Shown: in pieces, positions 40,207 to 50,600 of the stretch
Numbering within the stretch: the first letter of the stretch is position 1
How the letters are laid out: every line of letters begins with the position of its first letter
NCBI GenBank assembly: GCA_048937405.1
Contig: JBHLNF010000005.1
Span: 160,001-224,000, forward strand
Source: Promethearchaeota archaeon
GTDB taxonomy: Archaea > Asgardarchaeota > Lokiarchaeia > Sigyniarchaeales > SOKP01
Length of the DNA: 64,000 bases
Direction: 5' to 3'
Notes under the pieces: generated by a model
What the model was told of the DNA's origin: nothing
Seen by the model: the letters and a program-made list of their open reading frames with translations, nothing else
Database searches by the model: none
Position numbers and translations under genes: made by a program

Positions 40207-42045
40207 TTGTACTATAGACATTTTGGAAAAGCTCTGAAACAAAAAGTTTTAGATATTCTAGTAGAAGAAATAACTAATGAAACTATTATAAGAAGTGATT
40301 CAAAAATTGATTTTCATGACTATTATAAGTTTAGAGTTGCATATATTACAGAAAAAAAAAATGATTTAATATTTTTATTTGTAACAAGTTTAACTGACAA
40401 ATTCGAAAATATAAAAAAGGAATTGGAAAAATGCAAGAATGAATTTCTGAATTTATTTGAGGATATACTACAGCATCGATATGACGCTAAAACTTTTGAA
40501 GTTTTTGATCCCACCATTGATTCTATCCATAGAAATTTACGTCCTAAAATATCTTTGGTTGGTTTTTCAGGAGTTGGAAAAACAACAATAACTAAATTAA
40601 TTAAAGCCGATGAAATACCTATGCAACACATACCAACTATTACGGGGGATATAGCAACTATTAGAATTGGGAAACTACATTTTCATTTATGGGATTTCGC
40701 TGGTCAAGAACAATTTAGTTATTTATGGAATAATTTTATAAAAGGTAGTGATGCAGTTCTTTTAATTACTGACTCTACATTAGAAAATGTTGAAAAAAGC
40801 AAATATTTTCTTGAATTAATAAAAGAACAAGCCCCTAATGCTCAATCTGCTGTAATTGGTAATAAACAAGACTTAAAAAACGCAATGAATCCAGTTCAAA
40901 TTGAAAATGTTTTGAGATTAAAAGCATACTCAATGATTGCACTTGAGCCTCAAAATCGTGATAAAATGATACAAATAATTGCAGATGTTTTAGAAATGAG
41001 TGCAGAAGTTTCACCATTATTAAAACCTTTGCTTGAAAGAGATAAATTAACTGAAGAAGCCGTAAATGCCGTAAAAAGTGCGGATTTTGATAAAGCTGCA
41101 TTTTTGTTTGATAAAATTAGTGATTTATGTATAGATTTAGGAGATGATTCTTTAGGACGAGAATTTTTTGAAAAATCACAAAAAATAAAAGAGATGTTAA
41201 AAAAGGTTGGTCCATCTCCACCGACTCAAGCTGTATCTACCGATAAAAAAGAACCAGAAAAAATAATAGTTCAACAAACCACAATAAAACCAGAACCACC
41301 CATATTACCTCCTGAAGATACAAAAAAAATTGAACAAACAATAGAAATAATGAAAAGTGAAGAAACTTCAGGACTGTCCAAATCAGATATGAATGAAAAA
41401 GTATCCGAACCAGTTACAAAAATTCCTGAGGAAACAGAATCATCTAAAGAAATTATTATTCCAAAAGAAAAAATTAGTTTAAAATTGAATCCAGAAGATT
41501 TTTTGGTAAAATCAAGACCAAAAACTGTAGAAATTGTTCCAGAAGATGCAAAATCAAAATTAAAAATGTCAAATTTAGCACAAACAAAACCCACCGAAAA
41601 ATCTAATGTCTTAACACCTGTTTCACCAATTAAATTAATGGAACAAAAACAAAAAATAAAGCCACCTCCTAAAACATCTAGTATCTCAAGAGAGCCATTA
41701 ATTTCTGTAGAAAGCAAAATCTCAACAAATAAAATATCTTCAGTTGAAAAAGAAATATCAACAAGTGCTATTGAAGAAAAAACAGAAATTCCATCCAAGC
41801 CCGATAAGAAAACGCAAGAAACTCAAGTAATTGAAAGTAATCAAGCAGAAAGTTTGAAGAAATCAATATTAGATCTAAAAATAAAAAAAGCGAATTTAAC
41901 AAAGATGGCTCTTGATTTCGATATGAAGGAACTTACGGGTGAAATTACATCAGAAGAGTTAAACGAAAAAAAAGCAAAAATTAATGAGTTAATTCAAAAA
42001 GTTGATAACGAAATTCAAGATTTACAAAAACTTTTGAATACTTAA
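40207..42045 (+). CDS. longin domain-Arf/Rag-like small GTPase fusion with low-complexity linker and coiled-coil/SHOCT-like tail
   Basis: G1 GFSGVGKT, G2 PTI, G3 WDFAGQ, G4 NKQD; about 110-aa N-terminal longin-like domain; frame is open back to 40162. Confidence 0.85.
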   Translation: MYYRHFGKALKQKVLDILVEEITNETIIRSDSKIDFHDYYKFRVAYITEKKNDLIFLFVTSLTDKFENIKKELEKCKNEFLNLFEDILQHRYDAKTFEVFDPTIDSIHRNLRPKISLVGFSGVGKTTITKLIKADEIPMQHIPTITGDIATIRIGKLHFHLWDFAGQEQFSYLWNNFIKGSDAVLLITDSTLENVEKSKYFLELIKEQAPNAQSAVIGNKQDLKNAMNPVQIENVLRLKAYSMIALEPQNRDKMIQIIADVLEMSAEVSPLLKPLLERDKLTEEAVNAVKSADFDKAAFLFDKISDLCIDLGDDSLGREFFEKSQKIKEMLKKVGPSPPTQAVSTDKKEPEKIIVQQTTIKPEPPILPPEDTKKIEQTIEIMKSEETSGLSKSDMNEKVSEPVTKIPEETESSKEIIIPKEKISLKLNPEDFLVKSRPKTVEIVPEDAKSKLKMSNLAQTKPTEKSNVLTPVSPIKLMEQKQKIKPPPKTSSISREPLISVESKISTNKISSVEKEISTSAIEEKTEIPSKPDKKTQETQVIESNQAESLKKSILDLKIKKANLTKMALDFDMKELTGEITSEELNEKKAKINELIQKVDNEIQDLQKLLNT

Positions 42046-42224
42046 GGAAATAATTTATTTAATATTATTGTATTACTTTTTTAATTATTAGATTTAAAAA
42101 AAAAACCTTCTTTTATTAATATTTATATTATCAATAAATACTACAAATATGTATATTAGAATAGAATATAAATAACAAGAATTTATGATTACCTCTTCAG
42201 CATGGATGATGTCTATCTAAAAAA

Positions 42225-43097
42225 TCATAATAATCTCTTTAAATACTCATCGGGTACATTTGCTTCTCCAATTGTAATTTCTTTTTTTCCTCCATGATAA
42301 TCTGATCCTCCTGATTTAATTAAGTGAAATTTATCCGCAAGTTTTCTAAAATACTCTGGATAATACTTTTGAGCCCAAGATGCTTTATCGGTCTTATAGA
42401 ATGGTCTATTCTTTGCATAAGTATATTCTATTTCAATACCTTTAATTCCTGCTTTAATACAGGCTGTAATAAACTTTTGTTTATTTTGGATCTTATAAAT
42501 TCCAGGATGTGCTAAAATAGGGATACCTCCAGCGGATTCAATTAATTCAATTGATTCCTCTAAATTTAGCTCCACTTTTCTATCGACAAATGCTGCACCA
42601 CCAATGCTAATCATACGGAATAGATCATCTTTCGACTTTCCAATAATTTTTTCTGGATTATTATTTATCATAACTTCGACTATATGGGGCCGTCCTACGA
42701 CTTTACTCCCTGCTATTACTTTTACTTCTTTAAAAGAGATGTTATATTCAAATTCAGTTCTTAATCGTTTACAAATTGCTTTTTTTTGTTCTAGTCTTCC
42801 ATTAATTTGTTCACTTATCGTTTTTATTAATTTATTTGAGGAGTGATCTATATTTAATCCAATAATATGAACATCAATTAATTCCCTAATTGGTTCATGC
42901 CTAATTGAAATTTCAATACCAGGAATTACAATAATTTCTTTTAATTCTCCATATGACAAAAATTCTTTAACACCATCTATAGTATCATGGTCTGTAATTG
43001 CTATTGCCTTTAATTTCTGATTTAGAGCTTCTTCAATCAATTGTGAAGGAGTTAGTGAACCATCAGAAGCAGATGAGTGTAAGTGCAGATCGATCAT
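42225..43097 (-). CDS. PHP domain phosphoesterase (TrpH/YciV-like)
   Basis: DLHLHS..SDG, AITDHD, GIEIS, GRPH, LAHP, GGSDYHG. Confidence 0.92.
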   Translation of the reverse strand: MIDLHLHSSASDGSLTPSQLIEEALNQKLKAIAITDHDTIDGVKEFLSYGELKEIIVIPGIEISIRHEPIRELIDVHIIGLNIDHSSNKLIKTISEQINGRLEQKKAICKRLRTEFEYNISFKEVKVIAGSKVVGRPHIVEVMINNNPEKIIGKSKDDLFRMISIGGAAFVDRKVELNLEESIELIESAGGIPILAHPGIYKIQNKQKFITACIKAGIKGIEIEYTYAKNRPFYKTDKASWAQKYYPEYFRKLADKFHLIKSGGSDYHGGKKEITIGEANVPDEYLKRLL

Positions 43098-43219
43098 TAT
43101 AATTATTAATTAATAATTTAATTTGATTTTACTCTAATAAAATTTAATGAAGAAAAGTTAATTACATACCTATAATTTTAAATTAATATTCAGAGAAACA
43201 AATAGTTTAAAATTCACTC

Positions 43220-44644
43220 GTGTATAAAATGCCGATTATCATCATGAAATTCGGAGGTTCTTGTCTTGTAGATCAGACTGCATTTAGTAAAATTCTCAAT
43301 ATTACAAATATTTATAAAAATATAAAAAAAGTATACATTGCCTCTGCTTTGAATGGAGTAACTGATCTATTATTAAAAACTGCAATGGGTTTAGAAAATG
43401 AAAAAAATATTGATAATAATATGGCTTTAATAGAAAAAAGGCATATGGATTTAATAGAGCAAGTTTTTGAAGAGGAATCAGAGCACTATTTTAAAGTAAA
43501 AGACTGGATTGATAAGAAATTAAGTGAGTTAGAAGAAACCTTTGCGGATATAAAAGAATTTGGACTTGAACCTTATTATAAAGACTATATTCTGAGTTTT
43601 GGAGAGATTTTATCAACTTATATATTAAATCAATATCTTCTAAGTAATAAACTCAATTCAATATTTATTCCTGCTAATAAATTGATTATTACAAACGATG
43701 AATTCAATAACGCTTATCCATTGTATGAATTAACCAATGTTCGTACTAAGAAATTTTTATTGCCGCTTTTAGATAATCCAAATAAGGATATAATCGTTTG
43801 TTTAACTGGCTTTATTGGTAGAAATAAGATAGGTTATATCACTACACTAGGAAGAGGTGGATCTGATTATACTGCTACTATTATAGCTAGATCTTTATAT
43901 AAAGTTGGGATCGATAAAAATATAAAAGTAATTTTATGGAAAAATGTTGATGGATTATTCGCAATAAATCCAAAGTATGTACCCCATTCTTCTCTTATTA
44001 AAAAATTGGATTACAATGAAGCTAAGCATATTGCAAATTTTGGTGCAAAAGTGATTCACCCTAAATGTTTAGAAGCAATAGAAAAATATGGAATACCTTT
44101 AGAAATAAGGAATTTTGATAAACCACTCGAGGAAAGCTACACAGAAATTTCAGAGTTTTCAGATAAAGATTATATCAAAGGTATTTCTGCGGTAGAATAT
44201 GCTACTATCATAACTATCAGTTCTGGAAGTATGGTAGATATACCTGGAGTATTGGCAAAAATTTTTAAAGTGATGAGTAAAAATAAAATAAGTGTTTCTT
44301 TAGTTGCTCAAAGTTCCTCTGAAATTAGTACATCATTTATTATAAAAGAAGATGATTGTAAAAAAGCAATAAACGCTTTAAAAAGTTCAAAATTCTTTTC
44401 AGAATTTTTTTATATTAAATGGGAAAATGTTGCTGTAATTAATATAACTGGTCTTAAAATTCTTGAAACCAAAACTAAAGCAGAAATTTTTAATGCATTA
44501 GATAAAAAAAACATAAGTGTCAAAGCAATTTCTCAAAGTCATGATGAATTAAATTTATCTATTGTTATTAAAAGAGAACAATTATTTGAGGCAATTAATA
44601 TTATTCATGATGATTTATATGACGAATTTGGAGATTCTAAATAA
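43220..44644 (+). CDS. lysC: aspartate kinase with two ACT domains
   Basis: MKFGGS, SFGE.LS, TTLGRGGSDYTA, FGAKVIHP, SQS..E ACT motifs; ATG at 43229 is the likely start. Confidence 0.9.
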   Translation: MYKMPIIIMKFGGSCLVDQTAFSKILNITNIYKNIKKVYIASALNGVTDLLLKTAMGLENEKNIDNNMALIEKRHMDLIEQVFEEESEHYFKVKDWIDKKLSELEETFADIKEFGLEPYYKDYILSFGEILSTYILNQYLLSNKLNSIFIPANKLIITNDEFNNAYPLYELTNVRTKKFLLPLLDNPNKDIIVCLTGFIGRNKIGYITTLGRGGSDYTATIIARSLYKVGIDKNIKVILWKNVDGLFAINPKYVPHSSLIKKLDYNEAKHIANFGAKVIHPKCLEAIEKYGIPLEIRNFDKPLEESYTEISEFSDKDYIKGISAVEYATIITISSGSMVDIPGVLAKIFKVMSKNKISVSLVAQSSSEISTSFIIKEDDCKKAINALKSSKFFSEFFYIKWENVAVINITGLKILETKTKAEIFNALDKKNISVKAISQSHDELNLSIVIKREQLFEAINIIHDDLYDEFGDSK

Positions 44645-44742
44645 AACACAGAAGATTAATTACAGATTTTCAAAATATGATTTCATAATTTTATAAAATA
44701 GTAAAAGAATAGAACACTAGAAAATAAAATTAGTAATGAGAT

Positions 44743-45267
44743 CTAAATTCTCGAATCAATAATTCGACGTGTTAATTCAGTAAAAGCTTCATCGACATTA
44801 ATTCCCGTTTTCGCAGAGGTTTCAATATAAATACTACCCTCATTTTCAGCGAATGAACGGGCTTCATCCCTATCTATTACCATACCAACATCTTCTATTA
44901 AATCGGCCTTATTTCCAATAAAAACAAAGGGTATCTTTTCACCCGCAAATTGCCTTATCTCGGTAAGCCACTTTCTTGTTTCTGTATATGTCTGTTCTCG
45001 AGTTAAGTCAAAGACTAATAATGCTCCCGCAGCACCTTTATAGAATGTACTACGAATAAATTCAAAACGTTGTTGCCCCCCAATATCCCAAATACTTAGT
45101 GTGGCAATCTCTCCTTGCCTAAATTCAACATCTTTAGTTAAAATATCTACGCCTACAGTTAATTTATAATTAGCTTGGAATCTATTCTTTATGAAACGCT
45201 GAACAAGACTAGTTTTTCCTACAGCAGCTGCCCCTGTTAATAATACTTTTAACTTAAAACTTGACAT
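44743..45267 (-). CDS. Rab-like small GTPase
   Basis: GAAAVGKT, TVGVD, WDIGGQ.RF, FYKGA, LVFDLT, NKAD, ETSAK. Confidence 0.92.
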   Translation of the reverse strand: MSSFKLKVLLTGAAAVGKTSLVQRFIKNRFQANYKLTVGVDILTKDVEFRQGEIATLSIWDIGGQQRFEFIRSTFYKGAAGALLVFDLTREQTYTETRKWLTEIRQFAGEKIPFVFIGNKADLIEDVGMVIDRDEARSFAENEGSIYIETSAKTGINVDEAFTELTRRIIDSRI

Positions 45268-45471
45268 AAAGCTCCACTCATGTCGATTTTTACTAACTTT
45301 TTTTAATATTTTAATTTTGTAAATAAATTAAAGATAACTAAATTAAAGAAAAAATAAATTATAAATTTAAATATTTTTACATAAACTCAAATTGGTTTTT
45401 ATTAATTTCTATTCATATTAAATAGAATATTAATACTTAAAAGTTAGTATATAAGTTTTAGATTTATATAA

Positions 45472-47427
45472 CTATCTCTTCGGTATTTCGTTATATTCTT
45501 TCAAATTTTTAAATAGATCGAGTTTTAGGTGAGGAAAGTACATTGCTTCAGCATATTCTTTTTGAAAATTCTTATCTATAGCAATTTCAACATATTTAAT
45601 TTTGTTTAAAAGCTCTTGCGCCTTGTTTCTTAAATCTTGATTTAATAAACAGTGTTGTGCTCCTACTCCAGCAGCATTTCCTATTTGAAAAATACACTCA
45701 TCATTAATATCTGGAATCATTCCTATAAATTTTGCATTTTGAGCGTTTATATAGTTACCAAAAGCACCTGCTAAGAAAATTTGTTTGATAATTTGATAAC
45801 TTTTCAAATTATTCATAATAATCCGGGTTCCAGAATAAAAGGCTGCCTTTGCCATTTGAATTTGTCTTATATCGTTTTGATTAATTGAAATCTCCTTATT
45901 TATAGAAGTATCATCTTTATCTGCTATAATGAAATCTATTTTCTTATCTTCTTTTATGAATCTTTCATGATTAATATAATCTTGATTAAAATTTCCGCTC
46001 CTAGTAATAATCTTAGATTTTAACATCTCTGCTATAACATCAACTAGACCAGAACCACATATTCCAATTGGTTTTTTGTTTTTAATTGTAGTATAAGATA
46101 CATCAAAATCCTTAGAGTCAATTTGAACTGTGTCTATTGCTCCTGCTGCTGCTCTCATCCCATTGCTAATATGAGCTCCTTCTAAAGCAGACCCTGCTGC
46201 ACAAGATCCCACAAATAAATTCTTTCGATTACCAATGATAATTTCACCATTAGTACCAATATCAATTGCTAAAGTAAGAGATTTTTCATTATAAATTTGT
46301 GAAGAAAGTATTACACCAATAGTATCAGCCCCAACAAAACCCGCAATAATAGGTGCTGTATATACATTCCCAAATTTAGAAATATTAAGATTTAGTCTAT
46401 TTGCTTTTATATTAAAATTTTTTTGAATAACAGGGATAAACGGACTTATTCCTATATTGATAGGATCAAGTCCCAAAAAAATATGATGCATAACAGAATT
46501 TCCTACAACAGTAGCTTCATAGATCTGAGAAGGATCGATTTTTGCTATTTGACATGTATTTGAGATAATTTCATTCAAGTCTTTAATTACAATAGAACTT
46601 AATTTTTGAAGATATTCTTTACTATCCTTTATAAGTGTTAATCTTGTTATTAGATCTTCTCCATAGGCTGTTTGGCTGTTCATTTTTGAACTGACAGCAT
46701 AAGTCTTACCATTATTTAAATTGATTAAATAACCTACTATAGTTGTTGTTCCAATATCAAAAGCAATTCCATAATTGTCTTTGATGGTATTACCTGGCTC
46801 ACAAGCAATGATATTAGTATTATCCCATAAAACTAGTGTTATCTTATGATCATTTTCCCTTAAGATTTTAGGTAATTTTTTCAAAACATTAAAATCGATA
46901 TTAAGATTGTTATATTTCTTTATTTTTGGAATAGAACTTTTTATTGATGCTTCAATTCTTTCAAAATCAGCATCAGGTTCCTCTAATGATGGACTTCTTA
47001 CTTCAATGTAAACTTTTTGAATAGTTGGATTTATTTTCACTCCTTCACTTTTTCCTGCAATTAAGATGTTAAAATCTTCCAACAATATATCATTTGGGAG
47101 AAATATTCGGAATTGAGGATGGGGAAGTGTTTGTAGATATTCTGATTGTTCCGTATTAAGCTTTGTTTGACAAGCAAGTCGCCATCCATTTCTTAGTTCT
47201 TCCTCATTTACATATCTCTTTTCATTATTAGTTGGAGGATTTAAAAATTCTTTTCCTTTTTGTACTGAAATTTTGCATTTTCCACACGTTCCTAATCCAC
47301 CACAAATTGATCTAATTGGTATGTCTAAATCTAAAAGGATTTCATAGAGAGAGAGATCACTTGGAAAATGCACCCTTCTGGAAATTGGTTCAAAATCAAT
47401 AATTATATTTCTTTTCTTTATATCCAT
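45472..47427 (-). CDS. ASKHA-domain 2Fe-2S protein, reductive activator of corrinoid proteins (RACo/AcsV-like)
   Basis: CGGLGTCGKC...RLACQ ferredoxin; DIGTTT, GFVGAD, DIGTNGE, GICGSG, LAGAFG, GNAAG. Confidence 0.9.
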   Translation of the reverse strand: MDIKKRNIIIDFEPISRRVHFPSDLSLYEILLDLDIPIRSICGGLGTCGKCKISVQKGKEFLNPPTNNEKRYVNEEELRNGWRLACQTKLNTEQSEYLQTLPHPQFRIFLPNDILLEDFNILIAGKSEGVKINPTIQKVYIEVRSPSLEEPDADFERIEASIKSSIPKIKKYNNLNIDFNVLKKLPKILRENDHKITLVLWDNTNIIACEPGNTIKDNYGIAFDIGTTTIVGYLINLNNGKTYAVSSKMNSQTAYGEDLITRLTLIKDSKEYLQKLSSIVIKDLNEIISNTCQIAKIDPSQIYEATVVGNSVMHHIFLGLDPINIGISPFIPVIQKNFNIKANRLNLNISKFGNVYTAPIIAGFVGADTIGVILSSQIYNEKSLTLAIDIGTNGEIIIGNRKNLFVGSCAAGSALEGAHISNGMRAAAGAIDTVQIDSKDFDVSYTTIKNKKPIGICGSGLVDVIAEMLKSKIITRSGNFNQDYINHERFIKEDKKIDFIIADKDDTSINKEISINQNDIRQIQMAKAAFYSGTRIIMNNLKSYQIIKQIFLAGAFGNYINAQNAKFIGMIPDINDECIFQIGNAAGVGAQHCLLNQDLRNKAQELLNKIKYVEIAIDKNFQKEYAEAMYFPHLKLDLFKNLKEYNEIPKR

Positions 47428-47632
47428 AACTATATTTTAATAATAAATAGGGTTTAGATTTTAAATTTGAATTCAAAATTCTTGAAAATTCAAAATTCTT
47501 TGTCGATTTTAATAATTTAGTTAAGATAGTTATCACAATATAAAAAGTTTAATTACTTAGCGTGGATAAATTAAAATAAGAACAAGGAAAGAATTTTTAA
47601 TTTTAATTTAGGATTAAAGAGGTTCAATTTAA

Positions 47633-50600
47633 TTGCAAAATCCAGAGGAATTAGCTCAGGAAGCTTTAAAATATTTAGATATCGCACAAAAACTTGAAGA
47701 AGAAAAAGAATTTGAAAATGCAATTTCGCAATATCAACAAGCTGCTGATTTTCTTAAGCAAAGTGGATTTTTAATGCATAGAGTTCAGGAAATTTACGAT
47801 AGAGTAAGTGAATTGAAAGATTTTCTACAGAAAGAAAAGCTTTATCAACAAATAGAACATAAAACTCAAAGTGTACAATTGCAAGAACGAGGATTCGCTT
47901 TATTAGACAGAGCTAAAAAATTAGAATTTGATGGTCTCTTTGAAGATGCTATTCAACAGTATTCATCTGCAATTCAATTACTAAGTCAAGCTGGTTGGTC
48001 TGAAACCCAACTATTTGAATTAAAAACAAAAATTAACCGTCTTTCTCAAGAATTTGATAAAAGAAAAACAACCCTAGAACCACAAAAACAAATACCTGAA
48101 TCACAGAGTCCCCCCATACAATTAATTCAGGATGAAAAACCTCAAATTGTTGGAATGTTTGGCCAGAAAAGTAGTATAGAAAAGGAAGAAGTTATAAAAC
48201 GTTTTAGAGAAAAAAGAAAATATGAAGAAAATATTCAAAATCAAGCGTTTGAACATATTGATGCGGCAAAATTATTTGAAAAAGATAAGAAATTTGATGA
48301 TGCGATATTGAATTATGAGAAAGCCATTGGTTTATTAACTTCCATTGGTTGGACCATTCAAATCCAAAATATCCAATCCATAATTGAAAAACTCAAAAAA
48401 GATAAAATAAATTTCGAATCTTTTCAAGTTAAACCTTCTACAACTTTAGAAACTACTGACATTGAAGAGGAGAAAGTTATATTAGAGAAAAGAGCAAAAT
48501 TAGCCAAAGAGAAATTAAACAAATTTGAACTGAAGAAAAAACATGAGGAACAAGTACAAAATGAAGCCTTCAATTTGATAGATATTGGCAATAGATTTGA
48601 AAGAGAAAATAAGTTTGATGAAGCAATTGAAAAATTTGAACAGGCAATTCAATATTTTAAATCTATAGAATGGGATTCTTATGTACATCCCATTAAAGGC
48701 TTTATTAATCAAATAAAAGAGAAGCAGGAGAGAGAGAAAAAAGCGGAAAAATTAATTGAAAAGAGACAAAAAGATTTAACCATTCTTCAAGATTCGATAT
48801 ATTTAAAGCAAAGAGAGCAAATTTTCAAATCAGCAAAAGAATTAGACAAGAAAAGAAGAGAATTTGAAGAAAAAACAAAAGTTGATGCAAAGAAAGAAAA
48901 AGATCTCTTTGGAATATTAGATAAGGCGGATAAAATTTTAAAAGAGAAAAATTTTGATGATGCTATAAATGAATATCAAAAAGCTTTTTCTATTTTAAGC
49001 GATTTGGGTTCTGGATGGGAAACTTATACATCCATGATAAAAAATACTATTTCTAATGTTGAGAAATTAAAAAATTCTTACCTTACTAAAAAACTTGATG
49101 AGCAAAAGAAATTAGAAGAAAAAGAACGTGAAGAAATTGAATTTCAAAAGCAAATTTTAACTCAATTAGATAAGGAGCGAAGCCAATTAAAAGAGAAAGA
49201 AATTATTATCAAAGATCATGAAGAGGAAATTAAGCATTTTGAACAACGTAAAAAAGTTGGATTTGAGTACTTAGATTCTGCCATGGATTTCCTGATACAA
49301 GGTAAATATGAAGAAGCTATATTAGCATATCAAAATGCTGCCAATATTTTTGCCGAAATACAATGGACGGAGGAGATTCCTTTAATTGAAGTATCAATAC
49401 AAGAAGTTGAAGAATTGCAGAGAACTCAAAATATCATCGAGCAGAGGAAACTAAAAGATGCTATTGAACGTCAAAAGAAAGAGGAAGAGTTTCAAAAACA
49501 AGTTAATAAATATTTAAGGCAAGAAAGGGAAAAATTAAAGAAAAAAGAAGTTGAATTAATGGAACGGGAAAAGATGGTAAAATATCAAGAAGAAAGGAGC
49601 ATTGCAGGATTCAAATTACTAGATCAAGCTCAAGACAATTTAGAACAGGGAAATTTTGATGATGCCATTGAGATTCTAAAATATGCCATAAATTTTTTCG
49701 CTGATATTAATTGGCAGAATGAAATTAATCTAATACAGAATTCCATTATAGAAATTGAAAATAAAAAACGAGAAGCTGTAATTCAAGATCAAATTAAAAT
49801 ACAAGCAGAAATTGAACGAGAAAAGCAAGAAAGACTATTTCGGGATTATGTTACAGGGGAAATGAAAGCACAACAAGAGAAATTTGAAAAAAGAGAAATT
49901 ATTTTAAGAGAAAGAGAAAAAGAAATTGCTTTTCGGGAAAATAGAAAACAAGAAGCTTTTAACTTACTAGAGACAGCACAAGATCTTCTTTTAAATGGGA
50001 AGTTTGATGATGCTCTTGAAATTTATTATAATATAGCGAATATCTTTGCACAAATTCAATGGAATGAAGAAATTTCAATAATTCAAGAAGCAATTCAGAA
50101 TATAGAAGAAAGAAAGAGAGAGAATGAAATAAATAAACAAAAATTAATGCAAAAGTCAATAGAAAAAGAAACTGCTGATAAAGCTTTTATTGAGCAACTT
50201 AGGTATCAAAGAGGGAAGAAACGAGCTGAAATTTTGAAAGAGAAAGAACAAATTGAAAAACAAAAACAGCTTTCTGCTCAAAATTTGGTAAAACAACAAA
50301 AAGCATTTAAATTGATAGAAGATGGAGAAAATCTTATCGAAAAAGGAATTTTTGATGATGCAATAAGTAATTATAATGAAGTTATAGAAATTCTGAAAGA
50401 AATTGGTTGGGAAGAAGGATATCTCTCCCTATTACGTGACAATATACGATCTTTTAAAGCAAAGAAAAGGGATTATGAAAAAGAAAAACAAAATGAATTT
50501 GAAATTAAATTAAAGCAACAAAAAGAAGAAGAATTATTTCAAAAAAGAATAACTGAATATATGAAAAAAGAGCAGGAAAAAATTCAAGCTAAAAAAATTG

